Source: Fimbriosthenelais zetlandica
Taxonomy: Eukaryota
Length of the DNA: 64,000 nucleotides
Direction: 5' to 3'
Assembly: GCA_977030845.1 (NCBI GenBank)
Contig: OZ365112.1
Span: 5,394,001 to 5,458,000 of the forward strand
Under the pieces are notes generated by a model, which was given only the letters and a program-made list of their open reading frames with translations, was not told the origin of the DNA and made no database searches. Made by a program: the position numbers and the translations under genes. Positions 39,901 to 53,650 of the stretch are shown one piece after another (within the stretch, counting starts at the first letter, position 1; the number at the start of each line of letters is the position of its first letter).

Positions 39901-41699
39901 AGTTGTCACCTATATCGTTTACTTGGGGTGTTCTCCCACACTCATCCAGCCAAGGTGTGGGACTGTAATGATTTGTTGTGTTTGAAGGAATCGTATGGAT
40001 CAGAGGTGGGGTGCTACTATAGGAGTTGATTGCATGAGGCTCTGTCAGTGGACGTATAAGGGAGGACTTACTCTTAAGGCTATAAGAAAAAATGTGATTG
40101 GCTAGAAAAAACATTGAAGAAGGAAGATCAGAAATAGATAAAGGAGGGAACGTACAGAAGGATGATTAGGATGCCGAGGAGAGAAAAAGTTCATAGTAGA
40201 AGATAACAGTGATGGAAAATATAGTAGCCTATAGAAGAGTGAGAGCACTATAGAAGAAAAAGAACGAAGAGGATACTGGGCGAGAGTCTTGGGCTAATGT
40301 ATATATCCATATGGACTACGAGCATATCACTATAGAGGGATAGAAAGTGAAGGAGACAGAGACAGAAGAAGGGAGGGGAGGAGGGAAGGAGAGATAGGAG
40401 GAGGAAGGGACCCAGGGAGGGAAGAAGGAACAGGAAAAGAACTGAGAGATCCATAAGAGAATAATGAGAAAGAGAATAATCTCCAGCTCCACTTTTTCCG
40501 TCAGACACTCATCTTAATAACCCGCATGTTTAGGTGAGAATCTGGTAGGATAAATCTCTGTGATGACCTGTTGACCCTGTAGGACCCGGGATGCATGAGC
40601 CGGCCCGGTGAACCAGCCCGTCCCGCAGCCACCCTTTACAGTTCATAGAGTGTCCTACACCCAGTGGCTTGACAACCACCATTCATCCTTACCGCCAGGC
40701 CGGGAAACCCCACCTCCAGGGTCAAAACCACATCTGTGAGTCCAATTGGTGAGACCTTTACAGTCCAGTAGTAAGGGCCTTAAAGAAGAACTCCTTGTGA
40801 CCGAATCTAATCAAGGTTTTCTTCAAACCACTGACGCCTCTACTTATTTCCCCACCCCCACTTTCCTGACCATAATAGTACCTTTGATGTTTATTTCTAC
40901 ATAATCAGTAATATTGGATACAGCAATGACCATTTGTTGAGGAATGTCTATGGTTATGTGATTTAGTGTTAACATTTGGGGGCTTTGTTAAGGGGCATGA
41001 AGGGCAAGGTTTAACCAGGAAACCGCTGATTTAATATGAAGGGAAATGTCATACATTTTAAATGTCACCAACAGTGTTGAGGGACCTTTATTTGATTCAT
41101 ATGCAGGGCTTTTATATATGGAGAATATAAATAATACAGGAAAAAAGTCCCATCCCACCTGCAGCCCGGCTTGTTTTCAAAGGGCTGGCGGGTATATGAC
41201 AATGTATCACTTTTAATGGGGGAAGTCAGTGCTACAGTGCAGCATATCTAAAAAGACTATATGAAGCATCACAAGGGACAATGATTTAATTCTGTCATAA
41301 ACAGGTCCTTGAAATGGGTAAAATACTTTTAAACACTTCATAGAAGGTAAAGTTGAAACATGACGTTTGGATAGAGGTCGAGATGGCAATATAGAATAAA
41401 AGATATATCTTTTTTTGTAGAATCAGTATTCGTGGTAAAGGGAATCTGTTAAGGAAAGGGAATACAGAGCAAATCACAATTTATTGCATGAAATGAGCAT
41501 AAGTATAATAAGAGAAGTTTCTTCATAGAGACCTAAGTCTAGTATCAGCACCTGCCCTGGGGCCCCACTCTATATCAGACGCTAAGATAATTACTGAGGT
41601 TAATCAAGACAGGGACTCAAGCCACAAGCCTTGGCAATCCCCCAGCAGATAAGTATTTCCCATAGTAGAAGCAGGGGTAGTGCCACATAGCAGTGAAAA

Positions 41700-42000
41700 A
41701 GTCAGCGGTTACTTGTGATAGCCCTTCCACCAAGGGAGGTCTAGGCCAAGTACTATTCCACTGTACATCTAATTTGGCTCCCTTGATGGGAACATATATT
41801 GGGGGATAGAGGGGGGATTCTCCTTGCTACATTGGATGTAAATTACACAGTCAATGGACCAAGCTGGGAAGATGGTAGCCCTCAGTAATATATATTCACT
41901 TAGGGCCTGGACCGGGGTACGGGAGGTATCCATTAACTACCTCGCAGATGGGGAATTAGAGTTAATTTCCTTTGAATTAGATACAGAGGAAGGTGCTAGG
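41700..42000 (+). mobile_element. Possible decayed L1-like APE fragment
   Basis: GQVLFH (~41745) and GKMVALSNIYS (ORF 41854..42054; cf. TL.NIYAPN). Weak. Confidence 0.25.
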
Positions 42001-43480
42001 CCTAACATGGGCAGAAATCCAAAATGGAATTGCAAAGATCTGGATGGAAGATAGCGAACTGAAACCCCATGTATTTAACCTAAGTCCAAATCTCTGACAA
42101 ATATTTATAAGACTTTATGAATTGATAATTGATGAATAGATAAATTTATGAAATGATAATAGATCAATTTATGCGAACCTAGCCTTCTCTGTTGAACCAT
42201 TTCCATGCACTACTATGAAGATTACCCTTCAACAAATGATCATTTTTATATACTACTCATTCATAAAAAAATACACGTACATTTCTGGGTTTACGAGCAG
42301 AGATTATTACAAGTTTATTCCATGTTATCCTTGCCAATATCGATCCCTATTTTCACCCATGTCATGACAAGCAGGAACCATTAAATCAGGGTCAGATCCA
42401 GGTCAGGGAAATATGGCTAGGTAAAGCCTATTTAACGAGCATGCTGCTTGGGTATTTTCCTACACTGGTAAGCTTGGCTTAAGTGGGCAATCAGAGAGTG
42501 GTCTGGTAACATGGGCTGCATGACATTTTTACAGGCTAATCTGGTCAGAGGTTAATGCTAAGGCCAGCTTTTGTACTCTTCATAACAGATTAATCTCTGA
42601 CTTGTAGGCAGGCAATCTCGTGAGCAGGTAAAATATAATGGCTTCTTTAGAAACTCCAATATGTAATCTTTCTCAAAGGCCAGAGTACACTTTTCATGAT
42701 GAAAGAGCTAACGGCAATAAAAAGCCACTGCATATCAACAAAAGTAGTTTAAGCAATACGTTTCTTCCTTGTCAAGAGCATTTTGATAAAGTAACACTGA
42801 ATTAATATAAGCAATGTGACAGTCTGGTTTAGAAAATATTCCGGATACAACAGAAAAATGTAAGCAATCAATCACAGACCATAGAATAGTCGGTGGTGTG
42901 ATTTATGGAGGCCATTGAATGCTTGTAGTGATTGTTACACATTACATTGCTGATACCAGCCTGCATCTTTATTCCAGGCAGTATCTCCCTGCCCACTGAA
43001 TGAAAGGCAATGCTCTTGTTGGGTCAGTGGCCACTAGCAGTGTCACTCGACACCTCAGCATGCAAACAGGGGCTGGGCTGGAGGAAGTGGGCAGTTGGAG
43101 AAGAAGGGGCCAGGGGCTTGTTTCATACAAAAAATAAGGTGGACCATCCACTTTATTGCAATGAGGGAGACTAAGGTTAAATGGTACAAATCATTGATTT
43201 GGTGGATGTTCTCTTTTTCTTTTGTTTTAAATTTAAACACTTTGACAAGTGTTCACAGATTCATTTTTGATAATTGAAATAACAATCGCAATCGCAACAT
43301 GGCCACATCCATCGCAGGTCGCAGTAAAAAAGGCCTTGACGGGTCATTACGAATGGAAAGCAATTTTTTTCTCTCCTTAAACTTAAATATACATCTAAGT
43401 GTTACAGAAATAAATGTATTCCAGTGATGTTAAAGAAAGTTTTATGTGACTGACCCCTGGTAAGTACAGAGGGGTCCCAT

Positions 43481-43547
43481 GGAGAGGGAGAGAGAGGGGC
43501 AGAGAGAGAGGGGGGCAGAGAGAGAGGGGGGGAGAAGGAGAAGGGAG
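43481..43547. repeat. Purine-rich GA/G low-complexity tract
   Basis: About three copies of gagagagagggggca-like units, then ggagaa repeats. Confidence 0.85.
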
Positions 43548-46112
43548 CAGCGAGGCGGGTGTAATACATGTACACACACACCCCATTGCCAGTTGACCGC
43601 CCTGGAGAAGTAATCTCATGCACTGTAGATCTCACACATAGAAAGGCCAGCATATCTGAGCACGAGGGGACCAATCTCCTGATCAAATATTTTGTGCCAG
43701 GGATTTGCACAAGACCCTCTGGAAATAAGAGATACAGTTATTTTTATTGCGGGTCTGTGTTGACTTATCTATGAGATGGGAGGGGAGGATGGAACAGAAT
43801 CTTAAGAGAGCAAAAAGTCGCCATCCCTATGGTCTCTGGTCCTTTTTAACCGTATTCTGGCTACATACATTCAAATTGCCCATTGCTCTTTCCTTTGCTC
43901 CCAGTCCTTCTAGATTCTTCACAATGGTTTATCTTTCTTAACATTTGCTCACTTCCTGTAATCGAATAACTTCTGACAGAAAATCACTCCAATGGGATTA
44001 GCACAAAAGTAAATATGACAGCGGTGTCATCGTAGCGGGTCGAGGCGGGAGGTTAGCCCGTAATCCCAGGTGGCCATGATCTCTTTCTAGGAAATGTAAT
44101 TTGTTACGCATGAATGATTTTACTGGGCTACTGGGGGATCTTACCAAAGGGAAGCCTGTCCCAAGACACTGGTCTACAAAAGCCTCATTACCAGTTTATG
44201 GTCAGACACCTTGGATGGTGAAAATGGAGGTTGTCAAGCACTGCATGACCTCGGTGGTGTAAAGCATTGCTCTGGTATTCAGTCCATGCCCAGCATCCAT
44301 ACAGACGCATCAAAATACACTCCACCCCCACATCAACGCTTAACATTACTTAGAAAAGTCCGTGGAGAGTTTCAGGAAGTTATCTCATTTTATTTATTTC
44401 CTTTGCCAACGTTGGATGTTTAAGATTTATTCGCCCGGTCATGAAGTGTATTTTGTGACCGTTTGACTAAGTGAGATCACTTGGCTTCTACCATGAATTA
44501 TGTATCAGGAGGAAGGGAGGAGGGATGAAGGGAGTGGCAGGGTCAGGTCTGGGTCCATGCTACCGTCCCTCAAACAATGCATACTGTAGGCGCGAGCACT
44601 TGATTGAGCAATACCATTGAAGCGATGGGTCCCCATAGAGTAGCTCGGTGCTGGAGGGACCCCGGAGGACCTGGGCTGACCTCGGGCATTCTCCGCCTAA
44701 CCGTTGTCATAGTGACCGGTAGGGAGGCTGGCATTTGTATGATGGTTCTTATTAAGGCAGTCTGGCATGACAATTCATCATGGCACTAAATGTACATAAA
44801 ATCCAGCCATGTTCCAAGCATACAGGCAAAGCCATATCAGTAAATGTACATCTGCCTTCAGCCTCACTTATTCAATGACCTTATCATAGAACGAAGGCAG
44901 GAAAGATTGAAAAACAAGCTTAAAGCAATTTATTACATGTATATTCATGAGGCTTCGGTCCTAGGTTCTGGCTTTAGGTTGACTGCTTCTTAACGAAACA
45001 TGAAACTTGTGCTCGGGAGGGACGTTCGGGGCAGGGTGAGAATTTGTCCGCGGGTTTAGGGGTCGGGGTGAGCAACTCGTAACTTGACAAGATCAGGTGG
45101 TTTTTAATTGCCTTCCTGGCCGCTTGGTGGCCTCTATAATTGTGTCTTTGGAAAGAAGTGACAACTAATAGACTGTAAGTGGCAAAGGGGATGAGGCTTG
45201 TCACGTCCAGATAAACCCATATACTCTGTTGCATACTGATAATAACTGGTGGTACCTTGATGGTAGAAGTGAGAAAACAAATTCTGACAGCAAAATGTTA
45301 AACGTAAGCGACTGGGCATTTTAACATCTAAAATTGTCTAAAATCCTTTGCTTTTGATTTCAGATATTCTCGAGTTTTTAAGAGTTCCCTGATAATTTAG
45401 TTTGAAGCCATGGACTTTAGCGGCCCACTACCATAATACCTCAAGCCCCATCGGCAGGGAAGGCTTCGTTACAATCCTTTTTAAGTTAAAAAAAACCCAC
45501 AAAATGAAAACTTTTTCTCTAGGTCAAATTTCAAAAAGTGAGAATGTCAATGTGAACACAAATCCGGGCCCTCATTTCAACTGATTGCAATCACAAGAAC
45601 TTTTATGAATCAATGCAGGTGCCCTCAAAGCGGATCTTATTACATAAAACAGGGGCTTCGAGCGAAAAGCAATACGTCTAAAATGAGATGGTACAAAGTT
45701 TATGAATAAACAGAATAAACGATGATCTTTTCAGGTCAGTCGAATTTCTGAATATTAAAAAAAAACAATAATTATTCATGCATTAAAAACTGATTTTGTC
45801 AGGCAGATTCCCCGTGATTTGATGAGATAAATTAAAGTAAAATCAAGGAGAGATAAATTCAAGTAAATTATTTGGTAGCAAGTAGTTCCAAGCATGTTAG
45901 TATATGACACCGGATTCCTAAAGACATGATCCCTCAGATATATAGAATTAAAGGGGTTAGAGTGGGGATAAAGTGAGGGAGATACAGAGTCGGGGAGTGA
46001 GGGAAACATGTAGTGAGGGGAGAGAGTCGATAATAGAGAGGGAAAGTGAGGGATGGAGAGCGAGAGTTACACTCAAAGAGAATGTGTGAGTTAGACAACA
46101 AGCAAGAGCATG

Positions 46113-46164
46113 AGGGAGGGAGGGAGGGAGGGAGGGAGGGAGGGAGGGAGGGAGGGAGGGAGGG
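46113..46164. repeat. (AGGG)13 microsatellite
   Basis: Thirteen perfect aggg units counted. Confidence 0.95.
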
Positions 46165-46195
46165 CGAGCTATAGAGAGAGCTACACAGTGCGGGA

Positions 46196-46200
<5 letters not shown>

Positions 46201-46244
<44 letters not shown>
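46201..46244. repeat. (AG)22 microsatellite
   Basis: Perfect ag repeat of 44 nt. Confidence 0.95.
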
Positions 46245-46247
<3 letters not shown>

Positions 46248-46729
46248 CTGGAACTGGATAAGACGCGGGACAGAGATAGACAGTGGTCAGTCTGATATAT
46301 GGTGATGACCCCCGGTGTCTACTGAAGGTGAACACCCTGCTTTCTCCAGCCAATTACGCAGGTAACACCCGCGAAGTCTCCTGGGACGTGAGAGGTCTGT
46401 TTAACACTACCTGACTAAAACCAGGTAATGTAGGACTCAACCCCTCCCCCCTTCACAGCCCTCCGGATCACCCTTCCGCTTCCTCCTACCCAAGACAACC
46501 TGGGCCTATACATTATAAGAAAATCCAGTTGGAAGCGGAATAATCTCCAACCAAATTACACAGCGCAGACGTAGAACAGCTTCTTTTACTTACATTTAGT
46601 TACTTTTTGTTAGCCATGTCAGGTGATATTTATTAAATTAGGCAGTCCATCAGCAAGTAATAGGTTGAAGCCTGCTAAATGTTGGTTACAGAGTGCAGGA
46701 TATTAGAAGTGATGGTGGTTTTCAGAAAC

Positions 46730-47330
46730 CAGTCATAAGCCGCAATAAGTTGGGCATATAGTTGGACCAGACTATAGGAGATATGCTCAGGACATGACAA
46801 CTTTTCAATGAAGTAATCCTTTGGGTCCTTGAAAGTTTCAAGCGGTGCTGTGCATGTCAGATATATCCAATAGTTTCCTGTCTTCTAGACCAACGCACAG
46901 TAATTTATTGATCTTGTGTATAGAGGTTTTATCAGAACTCAAGAAAAACATATGCAAAAGCCATTAGAACATCATAAAATCATTCTCCCTCGATACAAGT
47001 TTAAGCTTATAGTCTTTGATCTTTTCTTTATGTGCCTGTGCCATCAACTGAACTGCTCGCAGATATATTATCACAACCTGCCAGATGGAGGGTTCGGGTT
47101 TCTTTTTACTTCACCAGCCTCTGGCAGTCGCAGGGCCAAAAATCTCTGGAAGGAATCACAATTCTTGACTCAGGATCTTGATTGGGTGCTATGCATCTGA
47201 TCAGAGATGTGATCGGGTAACTGGAATCTACTCCAGAGTCCCTAAGGCTGAAACCTTTCACCAGTATTATATAGTATAGACAGGCTTCTAAGAGAGTCAT
47301 CCAACACCAATAGGCTTATCATCCTCTGCT
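46730..47330 (-). mobile_element. Possible decayed L1-like RT fragment
   Basis: LEA...ILVKG...SSYPITSL (ORF 47106..47300; cf. EA.I.LI.K.GKD...SSYRPISL) and a downstream QLYA (~46760; cf. LYADD). Confidence 0.3.
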
Positions 47331-50300
47331 TCCCTTTCAGTCACTTGTCACACAGCAGCCGTATCTGGTAGAATGCATGGTATGATAGTGTCTGGACGAT
47401 AAGAGAAAACTCCTTGTATATGTCAACTGGGGAGCTATGACCGTGGGTTTATCTGCAGTCCACAGTCCTCCTATCCTTCATGGTCTCTCACTATACACAA
47501 TAGGTCCCCTGGAGCAAGCAGGCCATCTCTGGCACAATGCCTGCCAAGCCAAATCATCCCAAGCTTCTAAGTTATATTTCATGGTTGAGTTTCTGTGAAG
47601 TTAGGGCTTATGTCAGTAGCATAAGGTGTCTAAATAACCCTATCTACCCTTATTACACCAGAGGAAACTGACAATTACTCAATACACCATTTCCCGTTGG
47701 TGCAATCTAAGCTTTTGGACATTTAAATAGTCCCAAACACTTTCCCATGCAAGCAAGCCATCAGAACAAGTCATTCCCTAGAACACCCATTAGGTTTATC
47801 TTGTCAAATCAAAGATACTCATAGGGAATCAATGAACTGCTAGTTGGTACAGAGTATAGCAAGCGAATTTGAACAATTCATCATTATGTGGCAAACTAGA
47901 ACCACATGCATCCATCTTTAATCCCCTGGGAGGTTCCCAAGAAGCAATGTCAGGCTATTTTGAAGCCAAATTCCAAACTCACTGCAGCCATGATGAATGA
48001 ATATTTCTGACACCTTTTGCCTCACAGTGCGTGGCAAATCATGTAAATGTGAAACTCTCCCTCTCAATTTGACCGTGACATGCGAGATAATTGCTCCACA
48101 CGAAGCTTAAAAAACATTAGGCAATCACTTGATTGGCTGAAGGGATAAAATGAATCACCATCCAACCTCAGTTTTAAAATGCAGTCAAAAACGATGATCG
48201 ACCAGATGTTCATTGAGTAGAGCGGGATCATGAGAGAACACAGAGGGAAAATAGAAACACACCTGGAGTTTTAAAGCCAATAGAATTCCATTATCAGTTC
48301 ATAATTTGAATTGAAAGTGAATCATTCACCGCCTGGAAGTGGAGAAAAGGAAACAAGAAATGGCTGCGAAGAGGACATTATGGGGCTGGCAGTCTGGCCA
48401 TCAAAAGCTCTTCCTTTGACATTGGGCATTCACCAGTGTAAAAGGCATAACCCCGTTAATGAGGCAATCCACAGGCTTTAATTGCGATCAATTAATACAA
48501 AGATAAAGCCTTACTGAAACACATTAGTACACAAGGGGAAAAAGGGGGCGAGCAGTTTGATTGTATTAGTGAGCCCATTTCCACCCACACAGGTTGGATT
48601 TATGCACATGCTTCGCTACAATTTAGAAGCACGCCTGTGTGAATGTCATTTGAATAAAAAAAAACGAGCTCTGGAATGCAATATGCTCAGTTGACATGAT
48701 CGTGCCATAGAAAGCTCGGGTCCTTCATGGGCAATTTAAACACGGTAATGTTTCAATACATTAATTAATTTGATCTATGTTTATTTATAATCAAATGTCA
48801 TGTTACCAAAGACGAGTGTATGGGATTTATAAATCACAAAACCTGCACAGCAGTAGGAGAAATGGCCGATGCAACATGAATGTAACAGTGTTTCCATGCC
48901 ATGCCTATATCTGAGAAACATTTTGCATTCAAAGGGACATACTATAAATCCTCTAGCAATTAAAGCAAATCTCTTCCAAACAAAACTGATTATCTTTGTT
49001 GATAAGGCACAAAAATCAGTTGTAATGTTTTTGGAATACTAACAGCAAGAGGCGCCTGAAACATCAGCCACAGCCTAACAATGGTTTTTGAACTTTCCAT
49101 TTCAAACCTGGCTGCATTTACTTTCCATACTTGTCAAATGCTTATCCAGCATGAGTGTATACATGAGTGGGAATCACAATGGCGGCGTCTCGAGCATCGA
49201 TCATTGTGAGATAGAAGAATGAATGTTTCATGAACGTGTCCACAGATGGTGCTACATATTGCCTAGTGACTGTTGGTTGTCAGGGCTGTGCTGTCAGGGA
49301 TGACCAATGAAAACAGGGGCCCTGTCAGATAATGATCAGAACAGTAATGCAGCAACAGGTCTTCACTTCCGGCTGCGTGCACTACTTTGCCATCATGGAC
49401 ATAATTCACATATTATTGCGATCTTCATAATATTTCTTTCCAAATATATAGGCTAATAAGTTCAGATTGTATGGCTTGTAAACATTTGTATTTTTTTCCT
49501 GTCATTTCAGGGAAATAAATGTTTGTTCGATGACCTACATTTTCTATTAGATGTGTTTGAATATGACTGACTTTGTGCAATGACCTACATAATTATGTAT
49601 CTTTCATTTTCTTTCCTCAAACGCTCTACAGAATGTATAAATAAAGAACGATCCTACCTCGAAACTGCATGGATGGTAACACTCCAAAATATTATCGTCA
49701 ATATAATTATACCTTTTATCCAATTTGATGACGAAGTATACATACCTGAAAAATAAAAGAAAGGATCATTAAATTGTGTATAGAGAATGCAAGGCACAAA
49801 TTGGACATTTAACAACAGGCATTGTCCCAATAACAATCACAAATAATGGCAAAATAAAGGGGTAGTTCATGAAGTAGCCGCTCGGAGGCGTCCTCAACAG
49901 AAGGTGAGCTAATTAGGATCTCCGGAGACAAGAGAAGAAGTGTTATTAGACACATTTGACAAACCGTTCATCATTAGCTTTAATTAAGAAGGACGCCTTA
50001 GTCTGTACACCCAAGGGACAAGATGAGCCAAGATAGGAAATCTGAAGGAAGGCTTTCTTTCTTTGGCGTCAACATGGGTGAAGCTCTAAAAGGTTTGTAA
50101 ACTCTTAGGGTTTCCCAAACATGCAGCTGCCACCCCTGGATCTCATTGTTCCCTGTTTTATTTTCCCTCTTTTGTTTCATTTCAAAATTAAGAAATTGTT
50201 TTTTCCAACATCTATCAGGGAATCCTAACCACTTTTTAGTGGAAGCTATTTAATGAAAGAGAATCTCGACACAAATGTCGCAGAAAAAAGACTTTGTGGA

Positions 50301-52229
50301 AATAGTTATTTCAAAGATCACAAGTTCGGACGATTTGTAAAAGATTATTTATACTGATGTGGATGTTTTGGTTTCTGTATGGAAAGAAAATTAATTCTAG
50401 AATATAAACCTTCATGCATTCAGGATTTTCATTAAGCTTGGTAATATCTCCATTAGGGGAGAGATATATAAATCTTCGTCTGATTACATTCAGCACTGCC
50501 CCACTGTATTAATTATGTATAATCCCCTTTTAATACATGATCCAGCTAAAAGTGCATGATGGATGGCTGCGCCGGTGTTATCTATTATACACCATGGCCA
50601 TTAAAAACATTTACCCTTCTCCAGGAGACTAAAATAGTCCATGCACACCAAACCGATTGTCCATCAGATGATCATCAAATTTCTAAATTCCTTTCAGAGA
50701 GGAATCCTGTAATTTTATAATTAGATTACACCAAGGTTAGAGCTTCTACATACACAAATCGAATGATAAGCACTCATTAAAAGATGAAAATTGGTTAGCA
50801 ATCGGAAGAAGAAAAACAGCCATGGCGTCCAAGGTTCCAAATGTCATAAATAATATTGGATTGTAGGACAAGAGCACCATAATTATATAGGTCCATGAGG
50901 TTAGATAATAGAACGTCTGGAATAACTGGAGTTCCATTCGAAATTATTCAAGTCAGTTCAGTGTGGAAATATATGGATATGATGTCGTACAAGCCACCCA
51001 AAAATTCCATGGGCAATTCCCCCCTCTCATATAATATATATTTGCATCTACAAACCTTTATATAGAAGGGTAAATTGCAACAGAATAAATATAGACTATA
51101 TTCTGGCATCGGGCTTAGTTTATGCATGTGAATATTATTTGAATTAGTTATTCACAAGGAAAGGCTTCAGATCAGATATATACGACGTAGTATATTTAAA
51201 GGAAAAGGAAAGGCAGTTCAGTTTTAAAATCTCAGGTTTTGTACTCATGTTACCACATAAGAGGTTTGCTAAGGAAGAAACCAATGGAGCATGAAGCTTG
51301 GCTAATATGATTATGTCAAATCACAGGCAGTCACAGTCCACCAAACATCTAGCCACCCGACCCAGCCCCTCTCCGCGAGAAAACATTCAATGGAGACAAG
51401 CTAAATTGGTCTTAACCATAGATTTCCTGTGGAGAGAGAGGGGAATCCAGGCAGGGACCCTGGAGTGGAGTAAGCCTCTGGGCTGACCCAGGAGGGTTCT
51501 CCAGGCGGGAATGGGTAGTGGTTAAGATGGTGGTTTATTTCTGTGATCGCCGGACCTTGACCAGCATCCTTGTGATCAACCAGCGATCGCCCTTCTGCTT
51601 GGGGTGGCGGCTGTGGTCCCAAGGGAGACGGAAGCACCCGGGTTTCCTAGTGCTGTCCATTGAGGAATAGGGAAAAGAAGAGAACAAAGCTTTCCTACTT
51701 CATTTATCTCCATTCTCACTGACCATTATCCTTTCTAATGATAGAACTGAATGCAAAAAAGTACATGTCTGGTCTGAATCAGTCTTCTCTGGAAATGCAC
51801 ATAATTTGTAGTTGCCACCTTGACTCACAAATCAAATGTAGGCTGACTATTTTCACTTCTATTCAAAAGTAAACAGTTCCAATCTGATCCCAATCACTGG
51901 AAAAGTTCATCAAGAGAAGCCAGTAAAAAGCTTGAGCTGCCAAGCTTGTCTGTGAGATAACTAAGTACCACCGAGTCCACCATTTACAGACTTCCAATCA
52001 AGGCCAAGGTTTTCCTGACGCTTCTTAAGGTTTTTAACCTGTCTCACTGGCTGACAAATGGTAAGGTAACACCACCTCACACCCTCCCTCCAGCCTCCAT
52101 CACTAGCCAGCCCAGCTGAGCCACTCTCCTAATGCTGAGCGGCTCCCACTCATGGTACAATATGGCTACACAGTGCCTTAACATTAGCTAAAACCACCAA
52201 GTTGTGCTGATCACTTATATGGGATTGCA

Positions 52230-52620
52230 GGCTGACTGTTTGTCAGCAGGATGGAGCTGTTTCTGTTCCTTTGAGAGGACATCAGGAAGGCCCTGGCACT
52301 TTCAGGGGTTAAGGCAATGCTTTGGTGGTCTGACATATTGCTGCGAGGAGTGGACAGCCTGGATGTTGGTAGCCTGATCGAATAAGTTTGTACATAGTTA
52401 GCCTCTTTGTGTTGGTTGAAAGGAAAGGTGGACTGGAACCATTGGGATATGTATTTCATCCGATGGTCTGGTTGAAATAGGTTAGTTAGGACTGACAGGC
52501 GCTGTGAATGGCCAATCAAGGCTTTCTCTGTGCGTTCCTATGAAGCAGCTCATGAGTTGCTCAAAGTCGCTCATTGACAGTAAATATTGGAGAATTAGTG
52601 GGGGTCCAGAGTAAGAGAGG
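52230..52620 (-). mobile_element. Decayed RTE-like APE endonuclease fragment
   Basis: ORF 52211..52519 reads LTNLFQPDHRMKYISQW...NMSDHQSI (cf. RTE ITNT.FQ...R.K.TW...SDH). An upstream LSMSDFE resembles LLGDFN. Confidence 0.45.
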
Positions 52621-53003
52621 GAAAACATGGCCTTACACTAGACATCGATTGCCCGTATCTCTGATAACAGATCAAAAGATGGGCAAGACGCGAGGGGGTC
52701 GCGTGTAGCGTAGAAGATGCCGAGCCAGCATGCGCCGAATCAAAGTACCTAGATGAATCTCTCTCCAAGCCACTTCCATTAGCTGTGCAAAACAGAAAGC
52801 ATTAAACAGGAAAAGGTGGCCCAAGCAGCTAAAGGCGCGGGCGACTGGCGAAAGCTGGAGGGCTTCAGATGAACCCTGTGTGGCCTGGCAATGTCGGCGG
52901 CACACCGGCATGGAGGGAATTAATCATCGATGAGGCTTCGGTCGATCAGTGGCAGAGATGGGGATCAGGCAGCTGTGGCAGGAACAGTGGCTTCGATCAC
53001 TAA

Positions 53004-53405
53004 CTCTACCCTCTCTCTTCTTTCCTTCTTTCTTTCTTTGTTTCTTTCAGTCTCTATACACCTCCTTCCCGTTCTCTACCTCTCTTTCTTTCTCTCTGCC
53101 TCTTTCTTCCTCCCTGTCCTTCTCTTTCCCTGTCTACCTCTCTCTCCTTCTCTCCCTCCCTCTCTCCATCACTCTCTTTCACTACCTTCCTCTCATGTTC
53201 TGTCCCCTCCTCGCATTCTCCTTCTCCCTCACTCTCTCTCTCAGCATCTCTATTTTTCACTCCCTCTCTGCCTCTCTTTCTGTCCCTGCCAACCTCCCCT
53301 CTCACCCACTCTCTCATCATAACCCTCATCTTTCTCCTCCCCTTCATCCCTCCCTCTCCCTCTCCCCTATACCCTTCTATCTCTCTATACCTCTCATCTT
53401 CTTGC
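53004..53405. repeat. ~400-bp polypyrimidine (CT-rich) low-complexity tract
   Basis: Almost exclusively C/T on the + strand. It generates the spurious ORFs 52930..53322, 52949..53542 and 53054..53347. Confidence 0.92.
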
Positions 53406-53650
53406 TCATGACCTACTATATGGTTATCTATGGGGCCGACAAGGACTGTATCAAATACCAGACCTTTAAGATCTCGCTAATGAAGCAAATGGATATCAAA
53501 TACGACAAGGATCATTTTTTATTTATTGGGGATTGTAAGTAAAGCACCGAAATGGAAAATGGTTCTACCAAGGGACCTAAAGATAAATGGTATGGCTTCC
53601 TCTAAGCGTTACTATGGAGATATCGGGTCCTGATACCAAGGTTTTGTTGG
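53400..53650 (+). mobile_element. Possible decayed L1-like APE fragment
   Basis: The tail of ORF 52949..53542 reads TYYMVIYGADKD...FLFIGD (cf. TL.NIYGPN.D...LI.GGDFN), followed by LLWR (~53610). Confidence 0.35.

Noticed and set aside
45304-45363. GTAAGC...TTTCAG intron-like 60-mer
   Set aside because: Shorter than typical vertebrate introns, and the joined flanks hit stop codons in all frames within a few codons.
53400-53540. Possible exon (long polypyrimidine tract upstream, GTAAGT donor at ~53535)
   Set aside because: The peptide is better explained as an L1 endonuclease relic, the pyrimidine tract is a simple repeat, and no partner exon was found.
52930-53542. ORFs of 97-197 aa, the longest real-sequence ORFs
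   Set aside because: They are L/S/P- or R/E/G-rich translations of the CT tract. The same applies to 45934..46353, 40248..40508 and 43395..43619.
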